Below, in pieces: positions 17,401 through 26,611 of a DNA stretch of 42,812 nt. Position 1 is the stretch's first letter; each line of letters opens with the position of its first letter. Under the pieces are notes generated by a model. That model was not told where the DNA came from. It saw nothing but the letters and a program-made list of their open reading frames with translations, and made no database searches. Made by a program: the position numbers and the translations under genes. The DNA comes from Methanosphaera sp. rholeuAM74 (GTDB lineage Archaea > Methanobacteriota > Methanobacteria > Methanobacteriales > Methanobacteriaceae): NCBI GenBank assembly GCA_003266075.1, contig MUZZ01000198.1, positions 9,980 through 52,791 of the forward strand. The letters run 5' to 3'.

Positions 17401-19331
17401 TTACTATCAATGTGGGTAAAGCCACGCCAACATTAACCCTGAACATACGTGAAGTAACAGGTCAGGACATGTCATTTAAGTATGGTAAACCATTAACAGC
17501 AGAAGTCAGTATTACACATAAAGGTGAAGTAGTAAAACTGAACAGTTTAATTAGCTTGAAGTACAGCTATGATGGCACTAATTCACTTACCCTGTTTAAT
17601 GAAAGACTGAACAATGGTACACTCGAGAAGCAATTCGATTCACTAACACCTAACATCAATAATGTAGAGGTATTTGCCCGATTTGGTGGAAGCAGCACAT
17701 TCAATGGAGTGGATAGTAATAGTGTATCATTCCAAGTTGTCAAGCTGCCTACATATATCGTGCCGTTACAACAGGAAGAGTACAACCCAGTATACCTACA
17801 AAGATATAGTGGAAAGTATGCTGAAAAATTACCAATATATGCCACACTATTCTACAAAGATTATACAGGAGAACTAAAACCATTAACAAATAAAGCTCTG
17901 ACTTGTAGTATTAATGGTGGAGTAACAGCAACAACAAACAGTAACGGAATAGCAACCTTCAAGCCAGTATTAAATGTCGCACCCAACACGTATAAATATG
18001 ACTTATCATATGAAGGCAACGCCATATACAATAATGCAACCCTTGAAAAATCCGTACAAGTACAAGTGGAAAAGGGAACTATCCAACTACAACTAGGACT
18101 TGTTGATAAAACACAACAAGTCTATGCTATGACCAAGAAAACTAGTGCAAATGATGAAAAAGGATTCCACTACAAGGTAACTGCAAAGGATTATCAAGGA
18201 GATACAATTACGAACATACCATCAGATGCACCTTTAAACTGTGTGATAAGCGATGGTATTTTATACACTCTTGAAGGTGAGTTTAGTCAAAGAGAAACTT
18301 TCAGTATACCCTCATTCCCTTACACGTTTTATGCAAGTAGTGGTCAGACATATAATGTTAATGATAATGGGACAAAAAATGTGACACTCCAGTTTTATAG
18401 TAATAAATACTATAATGCGGCTGTTAGTAATGAATTACCTGTGACCTTAAGAGAAAGAGATAGTAATTTAACATATATCCTTAAGAGTAACAATAAAGAA
18501 TTACCGAAAGTTAATGGAGTATATGTTGTCACACTACCAGAAACTATTCTATTGGAAGGTTTATTACAATATAACCTTGCACCAACCGATATTGGCTACA
18601 GTAATTCTAATAGGATTGCATATATTACTGGTGAAAATTATTCCAGACAATGGCTCGACGAATATGAATTACTCTATAATCAGGCATATGAAGAGGATAC
18701 GACACCAAACAAATCGGAAGTAGGTAACATATTCAAAAGAAAGTTAACAAATAGTAGTATCATCCATCTTAGTGGAGATATACCAGTAAATATCATTAGA
18801 CTTGCTAAACACATGTTAACCGAGGATGTTGAAGATGAAACTGGTGTGCAACTCGCAGTAGTTGATGGACATTTCAGTTATAACTGGAATGTGAAAGAAC
18901 TGAATCCCACAGGGTTTAATAATGCAGGAGAAGAGCATCAAACGTTTTATAGCATAGTTTATAGTAATCAACAGAACTTCCAAGTTAAAGGAGCTAGTTA
19001 CAACCACATAGGGTTACAAGTAAACTATGCACAGTATTACATTAAGATTACTGAAAAGACTAACTCAACCGTAAAAGGGAAACTGTATTACATTAATAGT
19101 AATGGTGACCGTATCCTAATGGGTAGTAGCAGTAATGGTAAAAAGCCTATACACCTGCTTAATACTGCTCAGAATGGAAGTCATACACGGATAGCTTCAT
19201 CCTCTCTCGTGAATGGAGAGTTTTCGTTCACAGGTTTAACTGGTAATCAGACACTCATAGAATGTGAAGCTGATGTTGGTGACGGAAAATATTATAGTGG
19301 TGTGACAATGAGCATACCTAACCCAGAATAA
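14403..19331 (+). CDS. Large adhesin-like tail fibre with tandem Ig-like domains
   Basis: 1642 aa with about ten repeats of 'L.D..G.PL....TTD.NG...F......G.......Y.G...Y..S'; no signal peptide. Confidence 0.85.
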   Translation: MVNQNRKVFYETQLSQNNHAYQYIMQPTIPGRHTIDLKDENNTSVLSQSYCYNASITLIIDYDNSIYVGERSQLNITAKYNDQTTPASNITLRLSYTKNGSNVQLDATTDSNGQCTINTQVFDTSGTYTLQIAAVNLPQCITMGNVNKALTVSKKDVFINDNSSTTTVNPWETATISCIVTDPQGNPVSGAKLNCSSGNVINRNVTTNSNGIASFTYDPGNGCTNCNLNYTWSIASNENKYQSLGLNKTLHVNSKLTPSIILLAYETNFNINTKTWSISYFFQLIGEDNSPLPYEELEVVDPSGQTHTLTASVYGHQVWWKYTYDGINSAGVVDVTVRNVETSQYKQVSTSISEEISKENTTITSVDAMGYCTRNVGISATLKHTASNTALSGKTLKLMEGNTVLEQGTTDINGTVTFNHTFSTVGTKNLNIKFAGDTVFAASNTGIHVNILPRKNTILTFQYNDNIYGYNMGGSVHLYDENNETLSNEYIKVYDETNTLIAGGNTDSNGEFTFSYLVQHVGVYQWKIVYEGSDPYIEHTLEVNVTFIKDTPILSIISDKSVYTDGSGGYLTMILTDSLGRPLGSKNLKVTNFEAEKLAIVTTNQNGESRYDFEAIAGYRQFNVEFFEDEHYNYVKEHYVILYNIVVEREININNCGAELAINPSLVPIGLYDVEMNYLGTVNYGVSENNQGIDVKKATYFELISPASPIRVESMSIVNVTSRLCDTENHVLPSKNVTTKINNTISVNSVTNENGLVSRSYPVVPSNSSEKRQLAMRAPSWVGTITILSFIFGFTHYYASCRLDVPIEWTKITPTLDVEVPAYFFCDVADTIHARLYYTCFDEEIPITGKNITLDCEGISVTAVTDSNGEISIVYNGLSSKTVSASMEFAGDSKFNSVFEDVTLNILDRLNPRILCEDESCSYGDDVSLDVTFVDDRNNPLAGQTLTFYEDGQVFDIKQTDNNGRCSVDYPTSVVGEHHVTIVYTRLSGVSRYNSCSKDVTINVGKATPTLTLNIREVTGQDMSFKYGKPLTAEVSITHKGEVVKLNSLISLKYSYDGTNSLTLFNERLNNGTLEKQFDSLTPNINNVEVFARFGGSSTFNGVDSNSVSFQVVKLPTYIVPLQQEEYNPVYLQRYSGKYAEKLPIYATLFYKDYTGELKPLTNKALTCSINGGVTATTNSNGIATFKPVLNVAPNTYKYDLSYEGNAIYNNATLEKSVQVQVEKGTIQLQLGLVDKTQQVYAMTKKTSANDEKGFHYKVTAKDYQGDTITNIPSDAPLNCVISDGILYTLEGEFSQRETFSIPSFPYTFYASSGQTYNVNDNGTKNVTLQFYSNKYYNAAVSNELPVTLRERDSNLTYILKSNNKELPKVNGVYVVTLPETILLEGLLQYNLAPTDIGYSNSNRIAYITGENYSRQWLDEYELLYNQAYEEDTTPNKSEVGNIFKRKLTNSSIIHLSGDIPVNIIRLAKHMLTEDVEDETGVQLAVVDGHFSYNWNVKELNPTGFNNAGEEHQTFYSIVYSNQQNFQVKGASYNHIGLQVNYAQYYIKITEKTNSTVKGKLYYINSNGDRILMGSSSNGKKPIHLLNTAQNGSHTRIASSSLVNGEFSFTGLTGNQTLIECEADVGDGKYYSGVTMSIPNPE

Positions 19332-19351
19332 TAAATGGAGGAACAAGTAAT

Positions 19352-20542
19352 ATGAGTGAAGAAATAGTGGGGACAGACATAGATTATGGGTGGAGACTAA
19401 CACCAGAAGGAGATATTAACACGGTAGGAGGACAAGATAATCTATCACAAGCAGTATACTTGAGATTATCATGTTTCCTTGATGACCTAGATTACTGCTA
19501 CTCCAATTATGGTAGTACCACTAAGGAGTGGCTAGGGAAAAACCAGAACCCTTACACACGTGAAACACTCATCGATGAAATAGAGACAAGAGTAGAACTA
19601 GACCCACGAATAGATAAATGTACTGCACAACTCAAAGATTGGTCTCATGAAACCATAGGAGTATATATCCGGGCAACTGTGATAGATGGAAGCGACTTTG
19701 AGGATTTCTTCATATTTAGTAATATCACACGAAGTAATGATGAAATACATAACCCAATGTACAAAGATACTCACATAGACACACACCGAGTGTATTATGC
19801 TGTGCAGGGTGAAAATTTAACTGTTAAGGCTGTTGTTCTTGATACGGATGAACAACGTGTACCTGTGGGTTTAGTAAGCCTCCACATAGGTGGGTATTAT
19901 GTCGAATGCCTTGAGACTGATAGTAATCCTTGTATGATTGAGCAGAGTGGTAGTGAAGATCCTGGTAGTGTTACTTTCACTTTTAAGGTACCTGAGTTCA
20001 TAGCCCTTGGTGACCATGAACTTATTTTTAGGTATAAAGGCATTTATGGTTATAATTCTAGTGTTACTAGTACTGTTTTGAAGGTTGTTGAACGTTTGCC
20101 TACTCAAACTAACTTTGTGTATAAGGATGAGCGTTATCCGTATTATTATGCTAATGATGTGGACGTCTTTACTGATCCGGTTGTTTATGTGAGTGATTAT
20201 AATGATGCTCCTGTTCGTATGGGTAAGGTGGAGTATTATATTGATACTGATGATGTTTATGGTGAGCGTTTTGTGATTGATTCTCCTCTTATTTTCTTGA
20301 ATGATGAGTTATTGGATGACCGTGTTATTATTCGTACTACTGAGGATATTCTTAGTTATAGTAGTAAGTTTATTTTCAAGTTGGTTCCCCGTCATTTCCA
20401 TAATAAAGATAGGTTTCCTTTGTATTCAAGTGATGGTGAGTTGATTGACGTCTTGGAGTGTATTTATACTGAGGGTATTTATTTCTTGCAGACTACTGAG
20501 TCTGATGTGAATTGCAGTATTAAGTTATGGGTGATTGAATGA
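19352..20542 (+). CDS. Baseplate wedge gp25/gpW/XkdS-like domain fused to Ig-like domain(s)
   Basis: 'GDINTVGGQDNLSQAVYLRL...YSNYGS...LG...ELDPRI' gp25 signature, followed by an Ig-like repeat. Confidence 0.8.
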   Translation: MSEEIVGTDIDYGWRLTPEGDINTVGGQDNLSQAVYLRLSCFLDDLDYCYSNYGSTTKEWLGKNQNPYTRETLIDEIETRVELDPRIDKCTAQLKDWSHETIGVYIRATVIDGSDFEDFFIFSNITRSNDEIHNPMYKDTHIDTHRVYYAVQGENLTVKAVVLDTDEQRVPVGLVSLHIGGYYVECLETDSNPCMIEQSGSEDPGSVTFTFKVPEFIALGDHELIFRYKGIYGYNSSVTSTVLKVVERLPTQTNFVYKDERYPYYYANDVDVFTDPVVYVSDYNDAPVRMGKVEYYIDTDDVYGERFVIDSPLIFLNDELLDDRVIIRTTEDILSYSSKFIFKLVPRHFHNKDRFPLYSSDGELIDVLECIYTEGIYFLQTTESDVNCSIKLWVIE

Positions 20543-22047
20543 GAAAAATAGAGGATAGAAGTGAGGGTAAAGTTAGTGAAGGACTTACTCGTGAAGGGAA
20601 ATTATCACTTGGCTACACTAATCCTGAGCTTATCATACCACCTGAGATTCGGTATGGTAAAAGAAGATTAACTGCGAAGTATTTGGAGAATAAGGTGTAT
20701 GATGCTAGTCTCAAACGTACAATAGTCTACTATGGAACAAAGGTGTACATCCATTGTCCAACTATCTGTATCTATCGCAACACGAATACCATTATCCTCA
20801 AAGCAAACCTGTACACTAACAATCACAAAGTTAGCTCAGATAATTTACAGGATGAAATCGATGAGAACGTTTTCAAGGATAAGTTTGTTTTTAAGATTGA
20901 TAACAAGACTGTTGAAGGTGTTACAACCTGTCGAGATGGCACAGTTGAGATAACGATTTCTAATTATAAGTTCACTAAGGATGTTAGTTATCAATGCGTG
21001 TATCAGGGTGATGTGTCATCATTTATTAGTCAGGCACGTGGTGAAGGACGTATAGTGGTAGTGGATGGCTACAATGCTACGGCAATAAAAGTTGACGTGA
21101 CTGATATACATTGTGCTTGTACTGGTGAACATACAAGGCTTATCGCACGTGTACACAGATTGTATTATAATACGGCTGTGAATAAAGATGATGTAATTAC
21201 ATCTGGATTGGTCAGGTTTTACGTTGATGGAGTACTTGTTGGTGAGAGTACTAGTTTTAATTCTGCGGGTTTTGTGTACTTGGATTATGTTGCAAATCTT
21301 GATGTAGGTGTTCATGAGATTCGTTGCCAGTATGTTCCGAATACTCCTGAGTTGGAGAAAGTGTATCCTTCGATGTGTAGTTCTGGTACTCTTTTTGTGG
21401 GTGATGATACTGGTAAGCCACTTATTGTTCAGCGTAGTCCTCATCGTGGTACTCATGGCAGTACTTCAAACTTGTTTTATTCATCTACTTCCCCTCTAAA
21501 TGGACGTGTACGTGTTTATCTTGATAATCAGTTGGTTGGCTATCTTGTCAATAATGGTTATAATGATAGCGTGGATGTTACTGGTTCTGGATTTTATCTT
21601 AACTTGTTTGTTCCTGTTGAGCCTATAGCGAGTGCGTTGTGGGCTTATGGTGGTTATCATAACTTTGTACTCGTGTATACTCATAGTGTTAGTGATGAGA
21701 ATAGTAAGACTGGTGTCGGCTATGATGTAGAGTATTGGTATTACAATTTTGATGATTTTATTATTCAGATGGATACTAGTGTTATGATTGACTGTGATGA
21801 GCAGGATACTGGTAACTTGATGATTTATTATGGAAAAGATGTGGTTGATAGACATGTCGATACTGTTAGTTATGAACAATCAAGGGATGACACAAATTAT
21901 GTAGTTAGTGACAAATTAAAAATAAAGGTTCTTAGTATTGAGGAGAATAATACTAGGGTATGTGAAGGAAAAGTTAGGGTGAAGATTACACCACGACTTG
22001 AAAAATATAATTATTATCGTGAAAAAGGATTATATAATAGAAACTAA
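20539..22047 (+). CDS. Ig-like domain virion protein
   Basis: 'GLVRFYVDGVLVG...G.V.LDY...DVGVHEIRCQY' Big_3-like repeats; ATGA coupling. Confidence 0.7.
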   Translation: MRKIEDRSEGKVSEGLTREGKLSLGYTNPELIIPPEIRYGKRRLTAKYLENKVYDASLKRTIVYYGTKVYIHCPTICIYRNTNTIILKANLYTNNHKVSSDNLQDEIDENVFKDKFVFKIDNKTVEGVTTCRDGTVEITISNYKFTKDVSYQCVYQGDVSSFISQARGEGRIVVVDGYNATAIKVDVTDIHCACTGEHTRLIARVHRLYYNTAVNKDDVITSGLVRFYVDGVLVGESTSFNSAGFVYLDYVANLDVGVHEIRCQYVPNTPELEKVYPSMCSSGTLFVGDDTGKPLIVQRSPHRGTHGSTSNLFYSSTSPLNGRVRVYLDNQLVGYLVNNGYNDSVDVTGSGFYLNLFVPVEPIASALWAYGGYHNFVLVYTHSVSDENSKTGVGYDVEYWYYNFDDFIIQMDTSVMIDCDEQDTGNLMIYYGKDVVDRHVDTVSYEQSRDDTNYVVSDKLKIKVLSIEENNTRVCEGKVRVKITPRLEKYNYYREKGLYNRN

Positions 22048-22071
22048 AAAAAAACTGGGGGTAAATTAATT

Positions 22072-23496
22072 ATGGCAGATGAAGATACAGTAACAAGACT
22101 AGATGGAACAACCATCACCAGAACAGATATAGTAGAATCAAATAAAAATTACTACCAAGACGCATACGAAAAAAAGCTAACAGACATCTGTGACTTCTCA
22201 GATGGAAGTGAAGTAAGAACACTTCACGAAAGCCTAGCAGTTGATGTTATAAATTTATACAGATTTTTAAATAGTATACAGAGGAGTGTATTCATTGATA
22301 CTGCAAAGGGTTGTTATCTTGATTATATTGGATGTGAGTTTCATCTTTCACGTCATAAAGCTGAAGTGGCTACTGGTCAAGTGACTTTCAGTATTCCTGA
22401 GTTGTTAAGTAGTGATCTCACAATCAGTCAGGGTACTATTATACTTCAGAAGGAAACTGGCTATGAATATGTTCTTGATAGTAATGTCACCATCAGTCAA
22501 GGTAGTTTAACTGCTACTGGTAATGTACATAGTCGTAATGCTGGTGCGAGGTATAATGCGAACAAGGATACTCTTACTGCATTTCTTGAGATTAGTCGTG
22601 TAAGGAATATTGTTAAGGTAACTAATCCTGAGGCTATTACTGGTGGTGTTGATGGTGAGAGTGATCAGCATTTCAGGGAACGTATAAAGAATGTGAAGCG
22701 TGAACGTGCTTATGGTACTGTACCATCGTATACTAATCTTATCAAGGAGGGTTCTGCTAATGTTCATGATGTCCAGTTTGTTAATCCACTATTATTGACT
22801 AAGAGTGGGTATCCTAGTCATCTAGATAGTAATGGTGAGGTGTGTACTAGTTGTAAGCGTGTTTTGTTTGTGAATGCTAATAGTAAGCCTTGTCCTAATA
22901 GTACTCTGCGTGAGGTGGAGTATGTTATGAGTCAGCAGAATAACCTTGTGATTGGTCATGATTTCCACGTTCAGGGTGCTGAGCCGAAGTATTTGTATCT
23001 TGGTGTTCACGTTTACTGTGATAGTATTGTGGATGAGGCTGTTATTGTTGACCATATTGAAACTTTCCTTGATGGTGGTGAAGTGGATGAAGCTACTAGT
23101 AAGAAGAGTGGTGTTGTTTATACTGGTCTTAATATCAGGGATACACTTTATAAGAATCAGTTGATTGATGTTATTGAGAACGTATTAGGTGTTCATCATG
23201 TTGAAAGTATTCATCGCTTGTATTACAATAAGGATATTACTAGTAATGGTTATGATGGTTGTAATTGGGTATTGAATGGTTCTGATAATAATGAGAGTGG
23301 TTTTACATTGATTGATGATAATGGTTATGTGTATAGTATGAGTAGTGTGAAGGATGGGAAAGTTGTAAATCGTTGGGGTGAGCAGAATTTTGAGAAGATT
23401 GAATTGCGTAGTGGCTATGTTTTTGCCCTGGGTAGTATGAAGAGTGTGGATAGTAGTTGTGATAATGTGATTTTATTGAATCAGGAGAAGGTGTGA
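22072..23496 (+). CDS. Baseplate J-like protein (gp47/XkdT)
   Basis: 'FIDTAKGCYLDYIG...ATGQVTF...I.QGT...GARYN...VTNPEAITGGVDGESDQHFRERI...GTVPSY'. Confidence 0.93.
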   Translation: MADEDTVTRLDGTTITRTDIVESNKNYYQDAYEKKLTDICDFSDGSEVRTLHESLAVDVINLYRFLNSIQRSVFIDTAKGCYLDYIGCEFHLSRHKAEVATGQVTFSIPELLSSDLTISQGTIILQKETGYEYVLDSNVTISQGSLTATGNVHSRNAGARYNANKDTLTAFLEISRVRNIVKVTNPEAITGGVDGESDQHFRERIKNVKRERAYGTVPSYTNLIKEGSANVHDVQFVNPLLLTKSGYPSHLDSNGEVCTSCKRVLFVNANSKPCPNSTLREVEYVMSQQNNLVIGHDFHVQGAEPKYLYLGVHVYCDSIVDEAVIVDHIETFLDGGEVDEATSKKSGVVYTGLNIRDTLYKNQLIDVIENVLGVHHVESIHRLYYNKDITSNGYDGCNWVLNGSDNNESGFTLIDDNGYVYSMSSVKDGKVVNRWGEQNFEKIELRSGYVFALGSMKSVDSSCDNVILLNQEKV

Positions 23497-23502
23497 TAAG
23501 TG

Positions 23503-23985
23503 ATGGTTGATTATTGGAATTTTATTGAGAAACGTTTGCATGAGGAGAGTATGCTCAGGTATCCTTTGAATCGTTTGAGGGGTATTCTTAGGAGTTTTGT
23601 GAATGGTGCTTTGAATGATTTTTATGATGATGCTCTTGATGTGTTGGCTCAGTCTTTCCTTTTAACGTGTACTGGTAAATATTTAGACCTTCGTGGTGTG
23701 GAATATAATTTGAAGCGTGAAGTGGGTGAGGATGATGAAAGTTACAGGCAACGTCTGTTTAATTTGACTAGTTGTTATCTTAGCGTGAATTTTATTAAGA
23801 TGCAGAATGCATTAGTGTACACTAAGGATGATGTTGAGGACAGTATTCGTTTGAAGATGACTAGTAATAATCCGTATCTGAATAATGAGTATGCTGTTAT
23901 TCCTCCTAATGTGGATGTGTTTGATTTCTTGGAGAATGATGTCTTGTTTGATGATGTGTATGTACTGTATAAGAGGGGTTGGTAA
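23503..23985 (+). CDS. Baseplate wedge protein (gpI/gp48/XkdU-like)
   Basis: 'FLLTCTGKYLDLRGVEYNLKREVGEDDESYRQRL', directly after baseplate J. Confidence 0.8.
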   Translation: MVDYWNFIEKRLHEESMLRYPLNRLRGILRSFVNGALNDFYDDALDVLAQSFLLTCTGKYLDLRGVEYNLKREVGEDDESYRQRLFNLTSCYLSVNFIKMQNALVYTKDDVEDSIRLKMTSNNPYLNNEYAVIPPNVDVFDFLENDVLFDDVYVLYKRGW

Positions 23986-23988
23986 TTG

Positions 23989-26250
23989 ATGGAGTTGTTG
24001 GAGTCTGATTTTGCTCAGATTGAGCATTTGAATCAGATTGTGTATAATAATCCACGGCATACTAGTTGGGAATGTTTTGATACACAGTGTGTGATTGAGG
24101 AGTTTCCTGGTTATGCTGGTACTGGTAGTCATTCTGGTGAGTTGTATCATGATGTTGTGGATATGCGTTACAATACATTACTTGTTAATGTTACTCATAG
24201 TGGTAGTAGTACTGAGTATGTTTTTGATGTTCGTAATGCATTGTGGACTGGGAATTATCGTATTGTCCCTACTAGTGAGGAGGCTACGTTAGGTGATGAT
24301 GAAGTCTTGGTTAGTGCAGAAACCATGGTGGGTAAGCGTATCATGTTTACTGTTAGTGGTAATCATCGTAATAGTGTGCGTATTTGTTTTGAGATGAGTA
24401 ATGTTGGTAGTGGTTGTAATGTTAAAACTAATTCTATTTATATTGATTGTGAGTCTGAGTATGAACATCAATTTGATAAGGCCGTAGTTGAAGAGGGTAG
24501 GGTTCTTACTGATATTCATACTCCTGTTACTGGTGCTACTGTTACTTTGACTCCTTGTAATGAGCATGGATTGGCTATTAGTACTGGTCTTCCTAAGCAG
24601 GTTGTGGAAGCTTATGATGTACGTGAAGGTAAGTTTCGTATGACTTATGGTGCTACAAGTAGTGTCGGAGTATATTATGCCTTGTTAGAGGCAGAGTATT
24701 TGCATCCTGTTACTAATCAGGTGCTTACTGCTGTGAAGATTGTTAAGGTTAATAAGGTTCAGAATAATCGTATCATACCTGACATTGTACCTCAGCCTGA
24801 AATTGTGCCGAAGGAATCATATACTGATTGGGGTAATGATGAACAGTATAAACGTGTATTGAAAGGTAGTGTTAAGACGTTTAAGATTAATCTTGTCGTT
24901 AAGGATAAGTATGGTGAGGTTAATGATGATTATGATTACTTGAATGGATTGTATGCTACTGTGACTGCCCATAAGATTACTGGTGGCGTCCTTGATAGCC
25001 AAACTTGTACATTTGTCAAGGATGAGAATGGATTCTATTATGTTGAAGCTACCATGTCCTATAGAGGATATTATGAGGATACTAGTACTCTTCAGATTAG
25101 TATTCCTGCACAGAATGGTTATAGTGCAATTACTAAGGAACGTCTAGTTAGTCATAAGTGGTATGTAGCTAGAAATGAAATTCAACTGCGTAGTGAACTA
25201 AACCGTGAGAATGGTGCTGATTGGATTTTCATTTATAGTAGTCAGATTGAGTTGAATAGTACTTTGACTATCCAGCCACGTAGTGATGGGAGTAGGATTA
25301 CCCTTGCTGGTGTGAAGGGTAATCAAAATTGTATTCTAAAGGGTGATGGCACGTTTAACCTGATTAATATATTCAATAGTAATGCTGCTAAGGATAATTA
25401 CTTTAAGGTGCAGTTAATTGGTATTACTTTGACTAAGGGTAGTCCTGCAGTAAAACTCAGTACTGGTTGTCGTTTACTAGTTGATAGGTGTTACTTCTAT
25501 GACAATAATCATACAGGTAAACATCATAAAGGATGTAGTATTTATATGCCTAGTGATGATGCTAGTAAGAGTAATCAGGAGTTATGGAAGACTGAAATAC
25601 GTAGGAGTGTCTTTTTTAATAATAAGGGTAATGAGATTTATAGTTTGGGCGAAACTTATATACATAATAATTTGTTCCGTACTAATAAAGCATCGTGTCT
25701 GCAACAGCCTGAAGTTAAAGTTGTCAATGTGACTGCTGGAAGTGTCCGGTATATGCGTAATAAGAGTCATATTGATATTGGAAATACTCCTCTTGCTAGT
25801 AATCATAGTTATGCTAAGGCTCTTGCCTATGTTGATAAAAAGGGTAAATTTAATGGTAAGGGTCCTAATCAGTTGGGTCGTAACAATAGTTTGCCTTTGT
25901 TTGGTCATCCATGGTATAATGAAGCTTATACGTATGCTATTTATTATTACCCGTATGGTCCTAGGACTGTTATCGTGTGTAGCCCGAAACGTGGTTATGA
26001 GCGTAAAGCGACTGGTCATAGTAGTACTTTCACTAATTGGGTGTTCTATGATGGATATGAATTTGTCTTATTTAACAAAGGACGTAATAGGGGTAATACT
26101 AATCGTACTCGGTGGACTGAGAGTGAGCTTGCAACTCCAGTTAATCAGGGTATATATGATTTGGAGAATGAAGTGTTTGAGAAAGGTTATAATCCTGCTG
26201 TTAGTAGGAATCATAGTTTGAACAGTAGTTTAGATTCTGATATAATTTGA
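23989..26250 (+). CDS. Tail fibre/adhesin with Ig-like and right-handed beta-helix (pectin-lyase-like) regions
   Basis: Position after the wedge genes; rungs 'ITLTKG..AV...VDRCYFYDNN...GCSIY...IRRSVFFNN'. Confidence 0.7.
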   Translation: MELLESDFAQIEHLNQIVYNNPRHTSWECFDTQCVIEEFPGYAGTGSHSGELYHDVVDMRYNTLLVNVTHSGSSTEYVFDVRNALWTGNYRIVPTSEEATLGDDEVLVSAETMVGKRIMFTVSGNHRNSVRICFEMSNVGSGCNVKTNSIYIDCESEYEHQFDKAVVEEGRVLTDIHTPVTGATVTLTPCNEHGLAISTGLPKQVVEAYDVREGKFRMTYGATSSVGVYYALLEAEYLHPVTNQVLTAVKIVKVNKVQNNRIIPDIVPQPEIVPKESYTDWGNDEQYKRVLKGSVKTFKINLVVKDKYGEVNDDYDYLNGLYATVTAHKITGGVLDSQTCTFVKDENGFYYVEATMSYRGYYEDTSTLQISIPAQNGYSAITKERLVSHKWYVARNEIQLRSELNRENGADWIFIYSSQIELNSTLTIQPRSDGSRITLAGVKGNQNCILKGDGTFNLINIFNSNAAKDNYFKVQLIGITLTKGSPAVKLSTGCRLLVDRCYFYDNNHTGKHHKGCSIYMPSDDASKSNQELWKTEIRRSVFFNNKGNEIYSLGETYIHNNLFRTNKASCLQQPEVKVVNVTAGSVRYMRNKSHIDIGNTPLASNHSYAKALAYVDKKGKFNGKGPNQLGRNNSLPLFGHPWYNEAYTYAIYYYPYGPRTVIVCSPKRGYERKATGHSSTFTNWVFYDGYEFVLFNKGRNRGNTNRTRWTESELATPVNQGIYDLENEVFEKGYNPAVSRNHSLNSSLDSDII

Positions 26251-26263
26251 GGTGAAATTTCAG

Positions 26264-26611
26264 ATGTTTTTTAGAAATAAATTTGACGATGAGTTTTTGT
26301 TTCTTGCAGATGCTCAGAGTCCGAAGGGTGGAAGTGTTAATTTTAATAATAGGAATTATTTTTTCAAGTTTTTTGAGAATAGTGGGGGTAGTAATCAGCC
26401 GGATACTGTGAAGGTTGTGCCTTTGTTGTTATTTAATCGTATTCATAGTAGTAATGTTAATGATTTGAATGTTGAGGATTATATGATGATATGTGAGAGC
26501 AAAAGTGATACTGTTGTGAGTTGTGAATATGATGAGGATTATGTTAGTTCTCATGATGATTATGTTTGCGACTTTGGTATACATACACTTACAGGAGATT
26601 TTAAAATATGA
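26264..26611 (+). CDS. Hypothetical viral protein
   Basis: GAGGTGA RBS before ATG 26264; ATGA overlap with the next gene. Confidence 0.6.
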   Translation: MFFRNKFDDEFLFLADAQSPKGGSVNFNNRNYFFKFFENSGGSNQPDTVKVVPLLLFNRIHSSNVNDLNVEDYMMICESKSDTVVSCEYDEDYVSSHDDYVCDFGIHTLTGDFKI

